Shown one piece after another: positions 57,936-64,000 of a DNA stretch of 64,000 nucleotides (its first letter is position 1; each line of letters begins with the position of its first letter). This DNA comes from a virus (lineage: Duplodnaviria > Caudoviricetes): IMG/VR virus record IMGVR_UViG_3300025137_005045; one strand, written 5' to 3'. The translations under genes were made by a program, and so were the position numbers. The notes beneath the pieces were generated by a model. The model was not told the origin of the DNA, did not search any database, and worked only from the letters and a program-made list of their open reading frames with translations.

Positions 57936-59186
57936 ATGCGAAAACTTACATTTAGCGACAAATATTTAATACCGTGGTTGACTCTATTATCAGGGTTAGC
58001 TATCTCTGTGGTTGCTGTTTGGTATTCAGTTGCAGGACTTGTTGCTATATTTGCCGCCTCTGCTACAGCTATCATTATCATGGGTGTGGTACTGGAAGTA
58101 GGTAAATTAATAACAGCAGTATATCTACATAGATACTGGGATGTAACAGTACCATGGTTGAAAAGATATCTTGCTATAGCAGTCTTATTCTTAATGTTTA
58201 TTACGTCCATGGGAATTTTTGGATTCCTATCAAAAGCACACATTGAACAAACTTCTATGAGTGACGAACAGTCAGCACAAGTAGAAGTTATCGACGAAAA
58301 GATAACACGTTCAGATGCTAAGATTGATAGATGGCAAGATGAAATAGATAGGTTACTCCAAACAGGATCAGCAGGTACCGGAGGAGTATTATTAGAAGTA
58401 GACACTGTTGCTCTTAAAGATCTCAGAATACAAATTAAAACAGAAAAAGATGTTGTACGTACAGAAGCTGACAACCGTATTACGGTTGCTCAAAACAGAC
58501 GAGACAAAGAAGTTGAAGCGGCTAAACCATTACTGGAAGGTTGGGGCGGTCAAGACGATTATAACAAAGCAGTTGAAAAGGCTAAAAACGTTGAGCGTAA
58601 TGAATCAAATATTGCTCGTACAGATCGCGATAAGAAACTTAAAGCAATTGATAAGAAATATGCTAAAGAGATTAATTTATTAAACAAGCGTATTGCAAAT
58701 GCCAGGAAAGGAAATACATCAAAAGCTAAGGGTGCAGATGAACGCATTAAAGAAATTGAACAGAATATTGAAGCTGAACAATTAAAAATAGATTTAGTAC
58801 GTGAGGACAAATTAGTTTATGAGAAAGAGTACCGTAAACTAGAAGCAGAAGTTGGACCTATTAAATATATTGCTGAATTTGTTTACGGCCAAGCAGATAA
58901 AGACATATTAGAAAAAGCAGTGACCTGGGTAATCATACTAATTATATTTGTATTTGATCCATTAGCAGTTGGTCTATTAATTGCTTCACAATACGCATTT
59001 TTATTAGCAAGAGGTGAGGACCTAAGACCTTTTGATTCTAAAAAGGAAACGCCGTCTGTGTTGAAACAAGATGGTAAAACAAAAGTAATTGAAAGAGTAT
59101 ATGAGGTAGAAGCGGAAGTAGATGACACTACCCCCGAAGATATTGAAGTACTTGAAAAACAAGTAAAAGATAAATTGGAGAAATAA
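57936..59186 (+). CDS. membrane protein with long coiled coil
   Basis: Three N-terminal TM helices (LEVGKL), coiled coil, EVGPIKY..IIFVFDPLA TM. Confidence 0.75.
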   Translation: MRKLTFSDKYLIPWLTLLSGLAISVVAVWYSVAGLVAIFAASATAIIIMGVVLEVGKLITAVYLHRYWDVTVPWLKRYLAIAVLFLMFITSMGIFGFLSKAHIEQTSMSDEQSAQVEVIDEKITRSDAKIDRWQDEIDRLLQTGSAGTGGVLLEVDTVALKDLRIQIKTEKDVVRTEADNRITVAQNRRDKEVEAAKPLLEGWGGQDDYNKAVEKAKNVERNESNIARTDRDKKLKAIDKKYAKEINLLNKRIANARKGNTSKAKGADERIKEIEQNIEAEQLKIDLVREDKLVYEKEYRKLEAEVGPIKYIAEFVYGQADKDILEKAVTWVIILIIFVFDPLAVGLLIASQYAFLLARGEDLRPFDSKKETPSVLKQDGKTKVIERVYEVEAEVDDTTPEDIEVLEKQVKDKLEK

Positions 59187-59187
59187 A

Positions 59188-59379
59188 ATGGCAAAACCAC
59201 AAGACGCATTAGATAGTATATGGGACAAATACAGAACATCGTTAAATGCCTTAGCAGATGCCTTAGATGAAAACGAAACATTAAAAGCAGATGCTGACAT
59301 TGACTTTACTACACCATCAGACATAGAAGAACTCGAAAAACGTGTTCAAGCAAAGTTAGTTAATGGAATCGACGAGTAA
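59188..59379 (+). CDS. small chimeric protein
   Basis: N-half resembles the next gene's N-terminus; C-half resembles the previous gene's C-terminus. Confidence 0.7.
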   Translation: MAKPQDALDSIWDKYRTSLNALADALDENETLKADADIDFTTPSDIEELEKRVQAKLVNGIDE

Positions 59380-60064
59380 TAAAGAACAGCTAACTGATAT
59401 TTGGCAGAAGTACAAGACTGCCTTAACAAGACTAGATTGGGCTCTTGACCAATTAGCTAAGAGACCTATTGCTAATTCTGAACCAGTAGTTGCTCAACTT
59501 ACCCCACTACATCCACCATCTCAAACACAAGACACAACTGAATTTTCAGTAACATCTGAACCTACGGATATACGTGACATGAAGCCTGCTGATGTTCATG
59601 CAGTATTCATTGAGGGAACAATGCTAGATGAGTATATGGATATGATTGAATTAATAGAGCGAGGAAATCATATAGAATCAATAGCAGTAACTGCCAGAGG
59701 CAAAAGTAACCCTAAATTACATAGTCCAGAAAGTTTAAATTCTTTATATCCTGGAATACTTAACACTCTTAAACTGGTGGCAGATAACAATGAACCATTT
59801 GAAGCAAATGCTAGTTTTGGATCAAAGTATCCGGCTAATCCAAATAAAGGAGACGTATTTTTAAGGGTAGACCAATTACCAACTAAATTGTTCAAATTCA
59901 ACGGAATCAAGTGGATTGAGCTTGACAAAGATGTCAGTTCAAGTTATGCTTATAATGATGAGTACATAAAATACCTAACTACCATGATAGATAACGGTCA
60001 GTATGATATCGAATTACTTAGTGAGAGTGAACGTGCCGCAATTGATGATTATTTAAAGGATTAA
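59363..60064 (+). CDS. hypothetical protein
   Basis: YPANPNKGDVFLRVD..LFKFNG.KWIE. Confidence 0.7.
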   Translation: MESTSNKEQLTDIWQKYKTALTRLDWALDQLAKRPIANSEPVVAQLTPLHPPSQTQDTTEFSVTSEPTDIRDMKPADVHAVFIEGTMLDEYMDMIELIERGNHIESIAVTARGKSNPKLHSPESLNSLYPGILNTLKLVADNNEPFEANASFGSKYPANPNKGDVFLRVDQLPTKLFKFNGIKWIELDKDVSSSYAYNDEYIKYLTTMIDNGQYDIELLSESERAAIDDYLKD

Positions 60065-60065
60065 T

Positions 60066-60809
60066 ATGGGATGGAAATCTAGAATACCTGATAAACCAGG
60101 ACATGTAAAATTAGCAATAGAGGCAATCGCTAAGGAAGGTTGGACTATCTTAGAAGGAGATAGGGTTCCAGCAAAAGCGTTAATAAAAGGATGTCGAACT
60201 GCTACTGATGACGACATTAGTAAACTTAGTATAACAAATTATCAAAATGCACAGCTTCAAGAAGCTCTTGGTTATGTTAAAAACTTTGACTGTGCCATCG
60301 ACGGTGGTGCTAATTACGGATTTATAGCATATCATCTAAATCATTTTAAACAAACACACGCATTTGAAATGTTCCCTCCAGTTAGAGAGTGTCTAGAAAA
60401 GAATGTTAAACATTTTGGTTTATCAAATATAAAAGTTCATCCTTGTGGGTTGGGCGAAACTGCCAAGAATGTAGCAATGCGATCTAAAGGTACTTTTGGA
60501 AATCATATACACCCCAACGGTGAAGAGGGCGATGGATCAATGAGAGTTATTACAATTGATAGCTTAAATTTAACAGCCTGCGATTTTATTAAATTAGACT
60601 GTGAAGGGTATGAACCTTTTATCATTCAGGGTGCAATCAATACTATAAGTAAATTTAAGCCAGTATTGCTTATGGAACATAAAAAATTAAGTGAATCATA
60701 CTACGGTGTTAAAGATAGAGAAGACCATATTAACTTATTAATAGATATGGGATATAAAATAATTAAACGATATAAAAAAGACATCATCATGGCACCAACA
60801 TGGCAATAG
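60066..60809 (+). CDS. FkbM-family methyltransferase
   Basis: AIDGGANYG, AFE, IKLDCEGYE. Confidence 0.85.
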   Translation: MGWKSRIPDKPGHVKLAIEAIAKEGWTILEGDRVPAKALIKGCRTATDDDISKLSITNYQNAQLQEALGYVKNFDCAIDGGANYGFIAYHLNHFKQTHAFEMFPPVRECLEKNVKHFGLSNIKVHPCGLGETAKNVAMRSKGTFGNHIHPNGEEGDGSMRVITIDSLNLTACDFIKLDCEGYEPFIIQGAINTISKFKPVLLMEHKKLSESYYGVKDREDHINLLIDMGYKIIKRYKKDIIMAPTWQ

Positions 60810-61999
60810 ACGAAAAAATTAAAACATGCAGTTTCTGTGGTAAAACAAAAGAACAATCAAAGAAATTGATTATTGGAGAATCTGCTGGAATCTGTAACGA
60901 GTGTGTAAATTTTTGCCAAGAACTGTTAGGTCAGGATCTTGAAGAATTTGTTAAGTCAGAATTAGATCTTAATCCTATTAAAATTAAAGAACATCTTGAC
61001 AAGCATGTGATTGGTCAAGAAAATGCTAAAATAATGATCAGTGTATCTGTAGCCAATCACTATAAACGTATTGGTAAACAAACTCCTGTAGAAATTGACA
61101 AGGCCAATGTATTACTTTTAGGTCCTACCGGATGTGGTAAAACCATGCTAGCTAAAAGTATAGCAAAATATCTTGATGTTCCATTTGCTATTGCAGATGC
61201 TACAAGTTTAACAGAAGCAGGATATGTAGGAGATGATGCTGAAACTATGATTTCTAGATTGCTACATGCCTCCGGAGGAGATGTTAAAAAAGCAGAACGT
61301 GGTATTATTTTTATTGACGAACTAGATAAAATTACTCGTAAGAGCGAAAGCACAAGTATAACCAGAGATGTATCAGGTGAGGGAGTACAGCAAGCTCTCC
61401 TAAAAATAATAGAAGGTACTAAATGTCGTGTAAATCTAACAGGTAATCGTAAACATCCGTCGGGTGATATTGCAGAAGTAGATACTTCAAACATTTTGTT
61501 TATTGCTGGTGGTGCATTTGTAGGATTAGATGATCTTATTAAAAATAGAATCAGTAATACTGGAATGGGATTTGGGTCCACTCTGACAGATAATAAAGAA
61601 CAAATAGATCTTAATCAAGTATCGCCACAAGACTTACTCAAGTACGGATTAATTCCTGAGCTTGTTGGTCGATTCACTAATGTGGTTGCTCTTAAAGAAT
61701 TAGACGGAAGTCAATTAGCCCAAATATTAACAGACGTTAAAAATAATTTGGTAGATCAATACAAGTATTTGTTTGATTTGGACGGCGTTAAATTAGAAGT
61801 TACGCAAGATGCAGTTCAGGCAGTAGTTAAACGCACACAGACGCTTGAAACAGGTGCTAGAGGCCTACATACAGAACTAGAGCGTACACTTATGTCACAT
61901 ATGTATAACATATCTTCTTACAAAGATCAGGGCATAAAAACAGTGACCATTGATGAGCAACAGGTAAATAAACCAAAGATATTAACTAAAGAGGAATAA
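60800..61999 (+). CDS. clpX: Clp protease ATP-binding subunit ClpX
   Basis: CSFCGK...ICNEC zinc domain, GPTGCGKT, GYVG, RDVSGEGVQ, RKHP, MGF loop, GARGL. Confidence 0.95.
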   Translation: MAIDEKIKTCSFCGKTKEQSKKLIIGESAGICNECVNFCQELLGQDLEEFVKSELDLNPIKIKEHLDKHVIGQENAKIMISVSVANHYKRIGKQTPVEIDKANVLLLGPTGCGKTMLAKSIAKYLDVPFAIADATSLTEAGYVGDDAETMISRLLHASGGDVKKAERGIIFIDELDKITRKSESTSITRDVSGEGVQQALLKIIEGTKCRVNLTGNRKHPSGDIAEVDTSNILFIAGGAFVGLDDLIKNRISNTGMGFGSTLTDNKEQIDLNQVSPQDLLKYGLIPELVGRFTNVVALKELDGSQLAQILTDVKNNLVDQYKYLFDLDGVKLEVTQDAVQAVVKRTQTLETGARGLHTELERTLMSHMYNISSYKDQGIKTVTIDEQQVNKPKILTKEE

Positions 62000-62001
62000 C
62001 A

Positions 62002-62214
62002 TTGACAAAGGTATATCTAAATGATAGAGATACAGTTGAACGTGCATTACGAAAACTAAAAAAGAAACTGTTAACAGCAGATCTTTTAAATGAATTGCGT
62101 GATCGTCAACACTATATAAAACCAACTACTAAACGTAAGTTGAAAAAAGCGGCCGCTAAAAAACGCTGGCAACGCGAGCTAGCAAGCCAAACACTTCCTA
62201 AAAAACTCTACTAA
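62002..62214 (+). CDS. rpsU: 30S ribosomal protein bS21
   Basis: VERALRKLKKK...ELRDRQHYIKP..KRK.KKAAA.KRW; GAGG SD and TTG start. Confidence 0.88.
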   Translation: MTKVYLNDRDTVERALRKLKKKLLTADLLNELRDRQHYIKPTTKRKLKKAAAKKRWQRELASQTLPKKLY

Positions 62215-62281
62215 GTCTTAGCTTAATTTCAAAATAACCAAAATATATTTACAATATAGAGGTTTTCCTGTATAAATACAA

Positions 62282-62346
62282 TTATACGTTGCCGCAATAG
62301 GGACGTATAAATTTAACTTGCTTAATTTAAGGAGATTTATATCATG
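62282..62346 (+). promoter_or_regulatory. structured hsp20 5' UTR with ROSE-like RNA thermometer
   Basis: Hairpin 62282-62310, then CUU(G)CUU pairing with AAGGAG. Confidence 0.6.
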
Positions 62347-62784
62347 ACTAGACTAACGACTCTAGACCTACAACCGTTTTACAGAAACTCTGTTGGAATT
62401 GACAGAATATTTGATTCAATGATTAACAGAATAGAACACTCAAGTTCAACAACTAATTACCCACCATATAATATTATAAAAATTGACGATGACAACTATA
62501 AGATTGAAGTTGCTGTTGCTGGTTTTACCAAAGGCGAGATTGATGTGCAAACACATGACGGCCAATTAATTATTACAGGTGAGAAACAAGATCAAGAACC
62601 TAATGGGGACAACTACTTACACAGTGGTATTAGTAACCGTAAGTTTTTGAGAACGTTTGAACTAAGTGACTATGTAGAAGTAGCTTCGGCGAAAGTTAAA
62701 GACGGTATTCTCACAGTTGATTTAGAACGACATGTTCCTGAATCAATGAAACCAAAGACCATTGATATAAATTATAAATCATAG
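62344..62784 (+). CDS. hsp20: small heat-shock protein (Hsp20/IbpA-like)
   Basis: YPPYNI, IEVAVAGF, YLHSGIS.RKF.R.F, DGIL.VDL. Confidence 0.95.
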   Translation: MTRLTTLDLQPFYRNSVGIDRIFDSMINRIEHSSSTTNYPPYNIIKIDDDNYKIEVAVAGFTKGEIDVQTHDGQLIITGEKQDQEPNGDNYLHSGISNRKFLRTFELSDYVEVASAKVKDGILTVDLERHVPESMKPKTIDINYKS

Positions 62785-62863
62785 TATAATTTATGTAAAT
62801 ACAAACAGCATGGGAAACTCCGTGTTTCCCAAGTTGTTATCATTAATAATATAAAGGATTGCA

Positions 62864-63169
62864 ATGACACAGACACAGGTAAAAAATAAAGTTAAACCAG
62901 ACGTTGTAGTTAAAGAACCTCCAATGTATAAAGTTATCTATGTCAATGACGAAGAGACATCGATGGAGTTTGTTGTGACTAGTCTTGTTGAATATTTTGA
63001 TTATACTGTGCAATTAGCGAATGAGAAAACATTAGAAGTTCATGAAGCCGGAGCGGCATCAGTAGCTGTTCTACCTTACGAAATAGCTGAACAAAAAGGT
63101 ATTGAAGTTACTCTGAGTGCTAGAACAAATGGCTATCCTTTAATGATTAAGATAGAGCCAACCGGTTAA
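62864..63169 (+). CDS. clpS: N-degron adaptor ClpS (divergent pocket)
   Basis: PPMYKVIYVND..T.MEFV, VHEAG.A.V, EIAEQK, YPL. Confidence 0.88.
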   Translation: MTQTQVKNKVKPDVVVKEPPMYKVIYVNDEETSMEFVVTSLVEYFDYTVQLANEKTLEVHEAGAASVAVLPYEIAEQKGIEVTLSARTNGYPLMIKIEPTG

Positions 63170-63945
63170 AGATCAATAATAATTTGTTTAGGATTGTAAG
63201 GTAGTCGATCCCAAGCATCTTCTATATTACGTCTTGGGTTTGAAACAAATCTAATTCCATCAAATACTTCATCTACAGGATTTTGATAGTGACCAAAACA
63301 CCAGGTATCTATTAATTCTTTACTATCAGCAAGTATACATTGATTTAATAACGTGTTACCTAATAAATTAAATCTAACACTTTCCTTACTTGCAGTATCA
63401 TGTATAAGTTGAGGAAGTGGAACCGTGTTAGTAACTATTATAATTTTTTCTACTTCTTCAATGGTTTGTAATCTTTCTATACTAGCACTTAGATATCGCA
63501 CATCACTATATGCTAAGGCATATATATTAGCCAATTCATTAGTATTACATTGCCAATCTTCTTTCAATAATTTTTCTGCTTGTTCATCATTTATCAATGG
63601 ATTAAAATCATAGGTCCACCATCCATTACATGCTACAAATGCAACTCCACTATAAATTGCAACATTATCTTGTAGGAAAACAACATTACCCATTCTACTA
63701 ATTTGTTTTTTGAGTTCTTTATAGCTTTCGTTCATATCGGACAAATGATCACGATGATCCAAACTGCCATCTATATAGAATACGGTTTTATATTGTTTAC
63801 CAAGATGTTTAAGTGTCTCAAGTAGTACGTTTCGATCACGTGAAATGTTACCGGCAACGACACAATATAGACTGGTCGGTTGACCTTCCCAGTTCAAATC
63901 GTATATAATGTTTAAGTCACTTATTAAGTCGAATGTAATTTGCAT
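63166..63945 (-). CDS. calcineurin-like metallophosphoesterase fold, degenerate
   Basis: ISDLN, VAGNI, YIDGSLDH, VTNTVP, WCFGH, FVSNPR occupy the positions of the canonical motifs. Confidence 0.7.
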   Translation of the reverse strand: MQITFDLISDLNIIYDLNWEGQPTSLYCVVAGNISRDRNVLLETLKHLGKQYKTVFYIDGSLDHRDHLSDMNESYKELKKQISRMGNVVFLQDNVAIYSGVAFVACNGWWTYDFNPLINDEQAEKLLKEDWQCNTNELANIYALAYSDVRYLSASIERLQTIEEVEKIIIVTNTVPLPQLIHDTASKESVRFNLLGNTLLNQCILADSKELIDTWCFGHYQNPVDEVFDGIRFVSNPRRNIEDAWDRLPYNPKQIIIDL

Positions 63946-63973
63946 TATAAGTAATTATGCCAGGAGACAACCA

Positions 63974-64000
63974 ATGAATATAGTATTAGAAAATCAAGTA
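63974..64000 (+). CDS. start of next gene (3'-truncated)
   Basis: AGGAG then ATG: MNIVLENQV. Confidence 0.55.

Noticed and set aside
614-63613. Numerous antisense and alternative-frame ORFs in the track (e.g. 614..820, 8256..8573, 36197..36649, 53717..54223, 57923..58474, 61060..61581)
   Set aside because: They shadow well-supported genes, lack SD or promoter signals and have no recognisable motifs
1-64000. CRISPR array, tRNA, rRNA, IS element, retron or DGR
   Set aside because: No regularly spaced repeats, cloverleaf, transposase or reverse transcriptase motifs were seen; the intergenic gaps are short and explained by promoters and terminators. A covariance search could still find small RNAs.

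Overview
The whole 64 kb is one segment of a large AT-rich T4-like/jumbo myovirus genome, almost all coded on the + strand. No rRNA, tRNA, CRISPR array or IS element was seen. Core modules: large terminase and head-associated proteins; gp32-UvsX-UvsY; UvsW; AAA+ ATPase and a gp62-like subunit; a miniature DnaE (Pol III alpha) core; DnaG-type primase and DnaB/gp41 helicase; NrdAB with glutaredoxin; DNA ligase; PAAR/baseplate region; SleB-like hydrolase. Accessory cargo: a glycosyltransferase/methyltransferase island, radical SAM enzymes, an iscS-iscU-iscA Fe-S assembly cluster (IscS looks betaproteobacterial, an inference about the host) and a clpX-rpsU(bS21)-hsp20-clpS module. Read directly from the DNA: (i) a late-promoter box TAAATA sits exactly 5 nt before the ATG of seven genes and several sigma70 promoters sit 6-7 nt before an ATG, implying a large leaderless-mRNA programme; (ii) a ROSE-type thermometer hairpin on hsp20; (iii) an unannotated 53-aa ArfA-like ORF; (iv) one apparently obligatory and one possible non-AUG start; (v) a Pol-beta NTase/ligase fusion among proteins with capsid-targeting-like N-termini; (vi) a chimeric gene born by duplication across a gene boundary. 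All family assignments come from motif recognition by eye, without database searches.
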